Source: an uncultured Klebsiella sp.
GTDB taxonomy: Bacteria > Verrucomicrobiota > Verrucomicrobiia > Limisphaerales > SXTU01
Assembly (NCBI GenBank): GCA_964478755.1
Contig: CAYZJP010000003.1
Location: 7,477 to 71,476, forward strand
Direction: 5' to 3'
DNA length: 64,000 nt
The stretch's first letter is position 1. Every line of letters starts with the position of its first letter. The notes below the pieces were generated by a model. The model saw only the letters and a list, made by a program, of their open reading frames with translations. It searched no databases and was not told where the DNA came from. Positions 1-8,498 of the stretch are shown here, in pieces. A program made the translations under genes and the position numbers.

Positions 1-2675
1 TCTACTGGCGCGAGACGCGGGTGCGGGCGGGCGCGGTGCGTTGGCTGTTGCCGACGTTGCGGGCGCTGGCGGTGCTGCTGCTCGTGCTGATGCTCACGGG
101 GCCGGTGCTGCATCACCGCAACATCATCGGCGAGGTCGCGCGCATCCTGCTCTTCGTGGACGCCTCGGCCAGCATGGGCATCACCGACCAGGAAATGGAG
201 CTGCCGCGCAAGCTCTTCATCGCGCAGCAGCTTGGCTGGCTCGCGACGAACAAGTTCGACTCCGACCTCCGCGCCGCCGCGTCCGCGCTGGCCAACGCGC
301 AGGAGACCGCCGCGCACGCGAAGCCAAATCTGCCCGCGCCGCAGTTCCACGAGTTCGTGCGCGGCTTCGCGACCAACACGGCGAGCGCGACGGAGTCTCT
401 CGGCAGGGTCGGCGCGGGAACGTGGCCGCAAATCACCGGGCAGGTCGGCAAACTGAACACGGAACTCGCCGTGCCCGCGCGCAAGCTGGCCGAGACCGCC
501 GTGGGCCGCGACCCGAACGTCACCGAACGCGAGCTGGCGAAGCTCGCCGCCATCGCCGCGCGCTTTGAAGCGGAGCTGCGCACGGCGTTCACAAACCACG
601 TCCTCGCCGTCGCGGAGAAGCGCGAGGCGGACGTGCTCGCGGCCATCCAGAAGTTCGATGCGCAGACGCGCTGGCAGCGGCTGGAGGCAGTGTTGCTCGG
701 CAGCTCCGAGAGCATGGCGAAGAAACTCGCGGCGCAGCACAACCTCGAAGTCATCGCGCTCGCGGGCAGCAAGGCGGAACCGGTCTGGCTGCCGGGTGAG
801 CGCAGGCGCGGCGACCCGCCGAAGCCGCCGCAGTCCTTCACGCTCGCCGCCACGAACTTGAACACCGACCTCGCCGAGCCGGTGAAGGCGCGTGCGCTCT
901 CGCTGCGCGAGGGCGAGCGCACGGCGGTGATTCTCATCAGCGATGGCCAGCACAATTCCGGCGAGCCGCCTGCTGATTTGGCGCGGCTGCTCGGCGCGCG
1001 CGGCGTGCCGGTGTTTCCCGTCGGCGTCGGGATGTTGCAGCGACCGCCGGACCTCGCGGTGCTCGCGGTCAAAGGCCCGGACACGGTCGCGGCGGACGGG
1101 CGCGTGCGCGGCACCGTGGAGCTAAAGGACGACATGCCGGCCGGCAAGGCGTTCACGCTGCGCGTCGCGCACGGCGAGCGCGTGCTGTGGGAGAAGGAGC
1201 TGACGACGGAGACGAAGCACTTGCGCACGGTGGAGTTTGATTTTCCGGTGAAGGAACTGGTCGCGGATGAACTAAAGCGGCAGGACAAGGACCTGCGCTT
1301 CGCGAGTTTGCCGCTGCACTTTACCGCGAGCGCGACGGTGCTCGACGGCGAGAAGGACAAATCCAACAACGAAGGCGCGCTGTGGGTGAACGCAACGACG
1401 CAGCGGCCCAAGGTGCTCGTGCTTGATGGCCGGCCGCGCTGGGAATTCCGCTACTTGCGCAACCTGCTGGAGCGCGACGACCGCTGGGAGGTCAACGCGC
1501 TGCTCGCGGGCGCGGGCGGTGAGCAGAAGTTTTGGCCGCGCGGCAAGGGGCCGGGGCAGTTCCCCGGCGACCGCGAGACGCTGTTCACTTACAACCTGAT
1601 TATTTTCGGCGACCTGCCGGCGAACCAGCTCCGCGCGAACGAGCTGGAGTGGATTCGCGACTTCGTCGGGCAGCGCGGCGGCGGAGTCATCTTCGTGGAT
1701 GGTCGGCAGGAGCGGCTTGCGTCGCTGTCGCTGTTGCCGCTCGCACCGCTGTTTCCCGTGAGTTTCGAGGGCCGACCACTGGACGGCGTGCCCATGAATT
1801 TTCAGCTCAAGGCCACGGGCAGTTCACTCACGCCGTTCACGCTCACGAGCGACCCGCTGGAGAACACGCGGCTGTGGTGGTTCCTGCCATCGCCGCACTG
1901 GCTCGCGCCCGCGCGCGCGCTGCCCGGCGCGGAGACGTGGCTGGAGGCCGTGACCGGCGAGACGCGCAGCGCGGCAGCGGTCTTCCGGCGCTATGGCGCG
2001 GGCAAGACGCTCTACCTCGCGTTCGACGAGTCGTGGCGCTGGCGCTACAAGGTCGGCGACCTCTACCACGCGAAGTTCTGGAACCAGGCGGCGAAGTTCG
2101 TGATGGAATCGCCGTTCGCCGTGCAGGACAAGTTCGTCTCGCTCGACAGCGGCGCACTGAACTACGAGCCGGGCGCGACCGCTGAAATCCGCACGCGCAT
2201 CCTCGACGTGCAGGGCCGTGCGATGCCGCGCGCGAAAGCTGAGGCGTGGCTCATGCGCGAGGGCCGCAAGATCGCGACCGTCGCGCTCACCGCCGACGAG
2301 AACGAGACGGGCATCTACCGTGGCCGCACCGCACCGCTCACCGATGGCGACTACGAAGTGCGCGTGCGCGTCGAGGGCCTGCCGGACGCGGAGATGAAGG
2401 CGCGAACGGGTTTCGCCGTGCGCCGCGAGTCAACCGGCGAACTGGCCGAACTGAACTGCAACGAACCGTTGCTGCGCGAGCTAGCCGCGAACTCCGGCGG
2501 CCGCTACTTCCGCGAGGAGGAGCTCGGCTCGCTCATCGAGCGGCTGCGTCCGTTGAGCCAAGGCCGCGTGGTCGAGACCGAGACCGTGCTTTGGCAGAGC
2601 TGGTGGTGGTTCGGCGCGGTCGTCGCGCTGCTGGCGCTGGAGTGGGCGCTGCGCAAGCGGGCGGGGATGTTGTGA
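1..2675 (+). CDS. VWA-domain / GATase1-like membrane protein, 5'-partial (frame stays open to the window edge)
   Basis: N-terminal TM helix. MIDAS-like DASAS in LLFVDASASMG, and later ILISDGQHNSG typical of the VWA beta4 strand. PKVLVLDGRPRWEFRYL and IIFGDLP...GGGVIFVDG resemble a class-I amidotransferase-like fold. C-terminal TM WWWFGAVVALLALEWAL. No stop codon lies upstream of the GTG at 21 in this frame. Confidence 0.6.
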   Translation, partial: YWRETRVRAGAVRWLLPTLRALAVLLLVLMLTGPVLHHRNIIGEVARILLFVDASASMGITDQEMELPRKLFIAQQLGWLATNKFDSDLRAAASALANAQETAAHAKPNLPAPQFHEFVRGFATNTASATESLGRVGAGTWPQITGQVGKLNTELAVPARKLAETAVGRDPNVTERELAKLAAIAARFEAELRTAFTNHVLAVAEKREADVLAAIQKFDAQTRWQRLEAVLLGSSESMAKKLAAQHNLEVIALAGSKAEPVWLPGERRRGDPPKPPQSFTLAATNLNTDLAEPVKARALSLREGERTAVILISDGQHNSGEPPADLARLLGARGVPVFPVGVGMLQRPPDLAVLAVKGPDTVAADGRVRGTVELKDDMPAGKAFTLRVAHGERVLWEKELTTETKHLRTVEFDFPVKELVADELKRQDKDLRFASLPLHFTASATVLDGEKDKSNNEGALWVNATTQRPKVLVLDGRPRWEFRYLRNLLERDDRWEVNALLAGAGGEQKFWPRGKGPGQFPGDRETLFTYNLIIFGDLPANQLRANELEWIRDFVGQRGGGVIFVDGRQERLASLSLLPLAPLFPVSFEGRPLDGVPMNFQLKATGSSLTPFTLTSDPLENTRLWWFLPSPHWLAPARALPGAETWLEAVTGETRSAAAVFRRYGAGKTLYLAFDESWRWRYKVGDLYHAKFWNQAAKFVMESPFAVQDKFVSLDSGALNYEPGATAEIRTRILDVQGRAMPRAKAEAWLMREGRKIATVALTADENETGIYRGRTAPLTDGDYEVRVRVEGLPDAEMKARTGFAVRRESTGELAELNCNEPLLRELAANSGGRYFREEELGSLIERLRPLSQGRVVETETVLWQSWWWFGAVVALLALEWALRKRAGML

Positions 2676-2680
2676 CAACC

Positions 2681-3802
2681 TCAGCGTTGCATCCGCCCTG
2701 CTTCGCGTTGAAAGAATTCCAGCCAGCCCAGCGTGATCGCATCTCCGATGGTGTTGGACTTGCGCAGTTCGCTGGGTGGCTTGCCCCAGTAGAAACCAAT
2801 CCAACCGGATGCGATGGCGCGGGACTCCGTGATGAACTGGCCGAATTCCGGGAACCCAGCTTGCAGTGGGAAGGCTTCCTCGATGACCACGGGCTTGCCC
2901 ACGGCGAAACCGCGCAGCGTCTCAATGGCCTTCGGCACTTCGCCTTTCTTCGGATAGAGGTGCACGCAGAGGAAGTCGAGGTCAGCGACGATTTTGTCCG
3001 GCACGAAGCCGCTGCGCAGGCCGGGCCGGTCTAGGCTCCAGTCCACGAGGCCGACAGTGACGAGATGCTTCGCGTCATGCTGGCGGATGGCTTTGGTTAG
3101 CGTGCGAATCCACGCGCTCGCGACGGTGTGCGGGACACGGCCGGTGGCGTCGAGTGTGATGACTTGGACAAAGTGTTTCCCGGCGAATGCAGGACCAAGC
3201 CAGTCGCCGGCCTTGCGCGGCCCGCCCGCGACGACCGGCTCGTTCATCAAGTCGTAGCAGAAGACAGCGGGGCTTTCCTTGCACTGCTTCGCGATGGTGG
3301 CCCAGAAATTCGCCTGCGCGGCCCAGCGTGACTTTTCGTCGAGCGCGTCATACCACGACGGCACGTCGGCCTTGTGGTAGCAGCCGAGGCCGGTGAGGTC
3401 CAGATGCAGACCGGTGCGCTCGGCGAGGGCAAGAAGCTTGGCGAGTTGCTTGAGCGACGTGCCGTTCGGCTGGTTCGTCGCATCCATGAACCTGCCGAAC
3501 TGGAGATGAATCCGCACGACGTTCGCACCGAGCTCCTTCATCTCGCGGAAGTCCGCCTCCACCTTCGGCCATTCGGTGAGCCAGTAGTCTTCAAGCAGCC
3601 GGCCGGTCTCGTCGTGGTCGTAGTTGAAGCCCCACGGGACGAAGGGCTTTCCGGACGCCGCGAGCGTGAAGCCTTTGCTGTCCTTGCTGGCCTGAATCCA
3701 ATCCAACGCGCTCGCCGCAATGCAGGCGAAGGCAAGGCCCAGCCCGGCGAGCCAGATGGCGGCGATCCGAATGCGGTGGTTCAAATTCATGGTGTTGCTC
3801 AC
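2681..3802 (-). CDS. glycoside hydrolase family 5-like (cellulase/mannanase type), secreted
   Basis: Signal peptide IAAIWLAGLGLAFACIAASA. NVVRIHLQF. The clan GH-A acid/base motif DLMNEP and the nucleophile region VVIEEAFP. The start is GTG at 3802 (4-nt overlap with the mnmE stop) or ATG at 3790. Confidence 0.7.
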   Translation of the reverse strand: MSNTMNLNHRIRIAAIWLAGLGLAFACIAASALDWIQASKDSKGFTLAASGKPFVPWGFNYDHDETGRLLEDYWLTEWPKVEADFREMKELGANVVRIHLQFGRFMDATNQPNGTSLKQLAKLLALAERTGLHLDLTGLGCYHKADVPSWYDALDEKSRWAAQANFWATIAKQCKESPAVFCYDLMNEPVVAGGPRKAGDWLGPAFAGKHFVQVITLDATGRVPHTVASAWIRTLTKAIRQHDAKHLVTVGLVDWSLDRPGLRSGFVPDKIVADLDFLCVHLYPKKGEVPKAIETLRGFAVGKPVVIEEAFPLQAGFPEFGQFITESRAIASGWIGFYWGKPPSELRKSNTIGDAITLGWLEFFQREAGRMQR

Positions 3803-5361
3803 TTTCCTATGCAGAACTGGCTAAAGATCGAGTCGAGCAAATCCTCCGTTGTCGTCCTGCCGACGATTTCGCCGACGGCGTTGACCGCGATGCGGAGATC
3901 CATTGCGACCAATTCCAACGAGGCTTCCGTGCGCAAGGCTTCCGCCGTCCGCAGCGTGGCGGCGCGCGCGCGCTGCAAGGCGTCCTGATGGCGTGAGTTG
4001 ATCATCACTTGCAGCATCTCGGCCTTGATCTCGCCCGCCCAGACGGCTCGCTTGATCGCGTCCTTGAGGGCTTCGAGGCCGGAGCCGGTGAGACACGACA
4101 CTTCAACGAAACGGCTGTCGGATTCGGATGCGGGATTTGGCCGAGCGAGCCGTTCCCCCTCACTCCTGCCCTTTCCCTCCGGGAGAGGGAGAGCCGCACC
4201 CAGCGCTGGGCTGGAGCCGGACACGTTCGGATGATCAGGAGCTGGACTGACTTTCTCCCTCTCCCTCCGGGAGAGGGCAGGGGTGAGGGGAAAGGCGTGG
4301 AACTTGCACAGAATCGCCTCACCGAGCCGATGAGGCAAATCTGCCTTGTTCAAAACGAGAATGCGTTTCTTCCCGGCGAACTCCACGAGGAATTGTTCAT
4401 CCTCCGCCGAGAGTGGTTCGCTCGCGTCGAGGACGTGGAGAATCAATTCAGCCTTGGCCACCATCGCGCGTGTGCGGCGGATGCCTTCCTGCTCGATGGC
4501 GTCGCGCGATTCGCGCAGGCCCGCCGTGTCCACGAACACGACGGGGAGGCCACGGATGTTCGCGGTTTCCTCGATGGTGTCGCGCGTGGTGCCAGCGACG
4601 GGCGAGACGATGGCGCGGTCGTGGCCGAGGAGCTGGTTGAGCAGCGAGGACTTGCCCGCGTTGGGCCGGCCGATGATCGCCGCGCGAATGCCGTGCCGAA
4701 GGATTTGTCCCTCGTCCGCCGTGCGTAACAGCTCGTCCATGAAGGCGACGCCGCGCTCCAGCTTCGCCAGCAACTGCCCGCGCGTGTCTGGCGCGATGTC
4801 CTCGTCCGGGAAGTCAATGTGCGCCTCGACGTGCGCGAGCACGCGCAGCAGGTCGTCGCGGAGCCGGTGGATGCGCTGGGAAAGTTTTCCAGTGAGCTGC
4901 TCGCCCGCCGCCGTGAGCGCAAGTTCGGTGCGTGCGCGAATGAGGTCGGCCACGGCCTCGGCCTGCGCGAGGTCGAGCCGGCCGTTGAGGAAGGCGCGCT
5001 GCGTGAACTCGCCCGGCTCGGCCAGCCGCGCACCGGCAGCGAGCAGCGCGTCGAGCACGAGCTTCGCGGGCAGCAGGCCGCCGTGGCAGGAAATCTCCAC
5101 CGTGTCCTCGCGCGTGAACGTGCGTGGCGCGCGCAGCACGGTGAGCAGCACTTCGTCAACGAACCGTCCGTCGCGCTCGATGCGCCCGTAATGCACCGTG
5201 TGCGACGCGGCGACGCTGGGTTTCTGCGAACTCTTGCCGACGGGCACGAACATCTTGTCCGCCACTGCGAGCGCCTGCGGCCCGGACACGCGCAGCACAG
5301 CGAGGCCGCCTTCCCCGAGCGGCGTGGCGGTGGCGGCGATGGTGTCGGAGAGGGAACTCAC
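3799..5361 (-). CDS. mnmE: tRNA modification GTPase MnmE (TrmE) with a ~65-70 aa repeat-derived insertion in the G domain
   Basis: N-terminus DTIAATATPLGEGGLAVLRVSG. G1 GRPNAGKS, TTRD, G3 DTAG, G4 NKAD. Diagnostic C-terminus FCIGK. The ORF is 520 aa, against ~450 aa for typical MnmE. Confidence 0.93.
   Translation of the reverse strand: MSSLSDTIAATATPLGEGGLAVLRVSGPQALAVADKMFVPVGKSSQKPSVAASHTVHYGRIERDGRFVDEVLLTVLRAPRTFTREDTVEISCHGGLLPAKLVLDALLAAGARLAEPGEFTQRAFLNGRLDLAQAEAVADLIRARTELALTAAGEQLTGKLSQRIHRLRDDLLRVLAHVEAHIDFPDEDIAPDTRGQLLAKLERGVAFMDELLRTADEGQILRHGIRAAIIGRPNAGKSSLLNQLLGHDRAIVSPVAGTTRDTIEETANIRGLPVVFVDTAGLRESRDAIEQEGIRRTRAMVAKAELILHVLDASEPLSAEDEQFLVEFAGKKRILVLNKADLPHRLGEAILCKFHAFPLTPALSRREREKVSPAPDHPNVSGSSPALGAALPLPEGKGRSEGERLARPNPASESDSRFVEVSCLTGSGLEALKDAIKRAVWAGEIKAEMLQVMINSRHQDALQRARAATLRTAEALRTEASLELVAMDLRIAVNAVGEIVGRTTTEDLLDSIFSQFCIGK
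4155..4295. repeat. family A palindromic element (CCCCTCAC..CCCTCTCCC-loop-GGGAGAGGG ... GGGAGAGGGC.GGGGTGAGGGG), intragenic copy in mnmE
   Basis: Left arm ccccctcactcctgccctttccctccgggagagggagag and right arm ctctccctccgggagagggcaggggtgagggg are inverted. Translated in frame as [14 protein letters not shown]...LPLPEGKGRSEGE. Confidence 0.85.
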
Positions 5362-6179
5362 TTTGCCGAAGCGGGTTTGACAACGACAACACCGCCTTCC
5401 GTTGGAGCCAGCGGTATTCCTGCGTCGGTGAGCAGTTGGTTCAAGAACGCCTTAGAACCCTCCGATACACCGACTTCCCATTGTTCGCTGCCTCGGTGAA
5501 GGGTGATGTAGCGGCACTGGTAGCAGATGAGCAAATCCAGTTCATCCGCCCCTCGTTTTATCCTGATTGCGTGGCGTGGCATGAAGCACAGCGCTTTCGA
5601 ACCATCCGAGCCGTCAATACTCGCCAGCACCGCCTTGACCAACTGCTGGTGCGTCAACGGGTTTTCGACCGCGACACGGCCCAGCAATGGATACCCACGA
5701 AACTCCCCAACGACCGGCAGTGAAGGTTTCTCGCGCTTGGTCGCGGCACGCGGCCACAGAGAGAGCACTTCGCCGCGTTCACTCTCGGTGAGCATGGTGC
5801 GGACCTCCGGCGGTAGGCGGCGCGGCGTGAAGCCACCGGAGATGGCGACGCCAGCGAGCATCACACCGTAGCAGAGCACGAGGTGGACGGCCGCCAAAGC
5901 AATGCTAGCTGCGACCAGCACCCAAGTTCTGGTCAGCCATTGCCGGTGTCGGGCGAGAACCGTGGCGACGGCGAACGCGACGGGAAAGAGGTAGAGGAAC
6001 TTCCGCAAGTTAAAGACCAACTGGAACACCGATGGCGTGCCAGAGATGGAGAAAAACATGATTCCCCAGCCCATGAACAGGTCAAGCGCGACAGCTAGGG
6101 CAAGGGAGAACACCGTCAGCAGCACCCACGGCAACGCCGGTCGCGTGTTCTTAACTGTGTTGGTGAGCTGTTCGCTCAT
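5358..6179 (-). CDS. hypothetical integral membrane protein (4 predicted TM helices plus a soluble C-terminal domain)
   Basis: Hydrophobic helices in the N-terminal 120 aa. The stop overlaps the mnmE GTG start by 4 nt, which suggests translational coupling. No recognisable family. Confidence 0.55.
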   Translation of the reverse strand: MSEQLTNTVKNTRPALPWVLLTVFSLALAVALDLFMGWGIMFFSISGTPSVFQLVFNLRKFLYLFPVAFAVATVLARHRQWLTRTWVLVAASIALAAVHLVLCYGVMLAGVAISGGFTPRRLPPEVRTMLTESERGEVLSLWPRAATKREKPSLPVVGEFRGYPLLGRVAVENPLTHQQLVKAVLASIDGSDGSKALCFMPRHAIRIKRGADELDLLICYQCRYITLHRGSEQWEVGVSEGSKAFLNQLLTDAGIPLAPTEGGVVVVKPASAK

Positions 6180-6188
6180 TTCAAGAGG

Positions 6189-6434
6189 TCACTTCCGGCA
6201 CGTGCCCTTCTCCGGGTCAACACCTTCGAGCCAGAGGCGGGCTTTTTCGTAGCTCTTGCGCTGGAGGTAGTGGCGCAGGTCGTGGTTGCCGCCAGGTGGC
6301 AGTTGCGCGCCCAACGCATCAAGTCGCTCGAAGATGGGCAGCAGCGGTGGCGGCGGGTTTTCGGTGCGACAGCGGGCCACGGCGGCGTCGAGATCGCGCA
6401 GGGCGTGGAGGATTTGTTGCTCCGTCTCGGTCAT
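6189..6434 (-). CDS. small hypothetical protein (81 aa)
   Basis: An internal ATG at 6434 gives MTETEQQILHALRDLDAAV...; this part has protein-like composition. The upstream 188 codons of the 269-aa ORF are Arg/Ala-rich and antisense to the MurK domain. Confidence 0.4.
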   Translation of the reverse strand: MTETEQQILHALRDLDAAVARCRTENPPPPLLPIFERLDALGAQLPPGGNHDLRHYLQRKSYEKARLWLEGVDPEKGTCRK

Positions 6435-6462
6435 GTGGAAGAGATAGCGCGTTCGGCGCGGC

Positions 6463-8382
6463 TTGGAAAGCCCGCCGGTTTCGGAAATGCTCACGCGCAT
6501 GGCAAAGCATCGCAGCCCATCCGCAGCACCCGTCTTCCTCGGCATCGAAGGCGGCGGCACGCGCACGGTGGCGCTGCTGGCGGCGGCGGACGGACGCTTG
6601 CTGAAGCACTTCGAGGCAGGGCCGGCGAATTTCAAGCTGCTCACGGAAGCGCAGTTTCTCCGCCGATTGCGCGAGGTGCGGGCGGCGTTCGCGGAATTTT
6701 CCCGGCCCGCCGCCATCGCCATCGGCCTCGCGGGCGCGCGCAGCGAGCCGGAGTGGCAGCGCATCCGCGCGGCGGCGGCGAAGATCTGGCCCAGCGTGCC
6801 GTGCCATGCGACGCATGATTTGGAAACGGCGCTGGCGGCGGCTCCTGCGACGGCGGTCTGCGACCGCCGTCGGCGCTCACACAGCGCCGCTACAGCCCAA
6901 GTCCTCCTCCTCAGCGGCACCGGCTCCTGTTTTTTCGCACGCTCGGCGGATGGGCGCACGGCGCGGTTCGGCGGCTGGGGCCACATTCTCGGCGACAAGG
7001 GCAGCGGCTACGAGATCGGCCTGCGGGCCTTGAAGGCGTGCGTTTTCTATCTCGACCGTGATGGCGACTGGACGCGGCTGGGGAAACGCATACTGCGCTC
7101 GCTGCAACTCAACGAGCCGAACGAACTCATTCCGTGGGCTCAAGCAGCGAGCAAGTCCGACATCGCGGCGCTCGCAGCGGAAGTCTTCGCCGCCGCCACT
7201 GAACGCGACGCCATCGCGGCGGACATTCTCAAAGGCGCGGCGGCGAGCCTGGCGAAGGACGGCGTGGCCTGCGCGAAGAAATTGGCGAAAGCCGGCGAGC
7301 CGGTGCAGTTCGTCCTCGCGGGGAGCGTGCTGCTGAAGCAGCCGAAGTTCGCGCGCGCTGTGGCGAACCAATTGGCCGAGAAGTGGCCGGGCTGTGTCGT
7401 TACGCCGCTGAAACGAGAGAGTGCGTGGGGGGCGGTCGAGCTGGCGCTACAGAGCGCGGGCTTCAGCCCGCAGCAGGCCACGACAGCTCAAGAAGAGTTC
7501 CGCAGTTCCTCACTCTCCGACTTGCGCAGCCCTCTGCGGCCTGAAGGCCGCACTCCACTCTCTCCGACCGAGCAGCGGAACCCGCGTTCAATGCACTTGG
7601 ACCGGATGCCCGTCGCCGACGCCATTGAGCTGATGCTGTCCGAGGACGAGCGAATTCCCGCCGCCATCCGGCGCGAGGCTCCGAAGATTGAGCGTGTCGT
7701 CGGGAAGATTGTCACCGCGTTCAAGCGCGGCGGGCGGCTGTTCTACGTCGGTGCGGGCACGAGCGGACGACTCGGAATTCTCGACGCAAGCGAATGCCCG
7801 CCGACGTTTCGCGTTCAGGCGGAGCAGGTGCAAGGCATCATCGCCGGCGGACAGACGGCGGTGTTCCGCGCGGTGGAAGGCGCGGAGGATGACTGCGAAG
7901 CGGGCGGGCGCGCAGTTCAGTTTCGCGGCGTCGCCAAACGTGACGTGGTGGTCGGCATCGCGGCGAGCGGTCGCACTCCGTTCATTCACGGCGCGCTGGC
8001 AGAAGCCCGAAAGCGCGGCGCGTTCACGGTCCTGCTTTGTTTCAACCCGGCGATGGCAAAACAGCGCGGCATCGCGCACGTGGTCATCGCGCCGGACACT
8101 GGGCCGGAGATTCTCACCGGCTCGACACGTCTCAAGTCCGGCACGGCGACGAAGTTGATCCTGAATTTGTTTACCACGCTGGCGATGGTCCGCACCGGCA
8201 AGGTCATCAGCAACCTGATGGTGGACCTGAATCCGTCGAACGTGAAGCTGCGCGACCGCGCGGTGCGCATCGTGCGCGAGCTGACCGATGCGGACCACGA
8301 CACGGCGAAGGCGGCGCTGGAAAAAACTGGCTGGGTGGTGAAGGCCGCGTGGAAACGACTTGGTGCCCCCGCCAGGAATTGA
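6463..8382 (+). CDS. murQ: fusion protein: BadF/BadG/BcrA/BcrD-type sugar kinase (MurK/NagK-like) + N-acetylmuramic acid 6-phosphate etherase (MurQ)
   Basis: N-terminal half: FLGIEGGGTRTV, LSGTGSCFF, GGWGHILGDKGSGYEIG (BadF-type GlcNAc/MurNAc kinase). C-terminal half: LSPTEQRNPRSMHLD, GGRLFYVGAGTSGRLGILDASECPPTF, GIAASGRTPF, LTGSTRLKSGTATKLILN (SIS-domain MurQ). The start may be a downstream in-frame Met (MLTRM or MAKHR). Confidence 0.85.
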   Translation: MESPPVSEMLTRMAKHRSPSAAPVFLGIEGGGTRTVALLAAADGRLLKHFEAGPANFKLLTEAQFLRRLREVRAAFAEFSRPAAIAIGLAGARSEPEWQRIRAAAAKIWPSVPCHATHDLETALAAAPATAVCDRRRRSHSAATAQVLLLSGTGSCFFARSADGRTARFGGWGHILGDKGSGYEIGLRALKACVFYLDRDGDWTRLGKRILRSLQLNEPNELIPWAQAASKSDIAALAAEVFAAATERDAIAADILKGAAASLAKDGVACAKKLAKAGEPVQFVLAGSVLLKQPKFARAVANQLAEKWPGCVVTPLKRESAWGAVELALQSAGFSPQQATTAQEEFRSSSLSDLRSPLRPEGRTPLSPTEQRNPRSMHLDRMPVADAIELMLSEDERIPAAIRREAPKIERVVGKIVTAFKRGGRLFYVGAGTSGRLGILDASECPPTFRVQAEQVQGIIAGGQTAVFRAVEGAEDDCEAGGRAVQFRGVAKRDVVVGIAASGRTPFIHGALAEARKRGAFTVLLCFNPAMAKQRGIAHVVIAPDTGPEILTGSTRLKSGTATKLILNLFTTLAMVRTGKVISNLMVDLNPSNVKLRDRAVRIVRELTDADHDTAKAALEKTGWVVKAAWKRLGAPARN

Positions 8383-8436
8383 ACCTGGATCTCACGTTTA
8401 GGAAACGCGAGCTCTATCCATTTGAGCTACGGGGGC
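8361..8436 (-). tRNA. tRNA-Arg (anticodon CCT), CCA encoded
   Basis: The reverse complement GCCCCCGTAGCTCAAATGGATAGAGCTCGCGTTTCCTAAACGTGAGATCCAGGTTCAATTCCTGGCGGGGGCACCA folds as a cloverleaf. Acceptor GCCCCCG/CGGGGGC, D stem GCTC/GAGC, anticodon stem CGCGT/ACGTG with loop TTCCTAA, T arm CCAGG-TTCAATT-CCTGG. Confidence 0.92.
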
Positions 8437-8498
8437 GTGGCCCGATTGCGCGGGAGTTTTAGGCAATCTCCGATGCGTTTGTCGCTCCAAATCTCGCA

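Noticed and set aside
113-1411. 432-aa minus-strand ORF antisense to the VWA gene.
   Set aside because: Ser/Ala/Arg-rich low-complexity translation typical of a high-GC shadow frame. The plus-strand frame has recognisable motifs.
6435-6998. Upstream 188 codons of the 269-aa minus ORF (6189-6998).
   Set aside because: Arg/Ala-rich and antisense to the MurK kinase domain. Only the last 81 codons (6189-6434) look like a possible gene.
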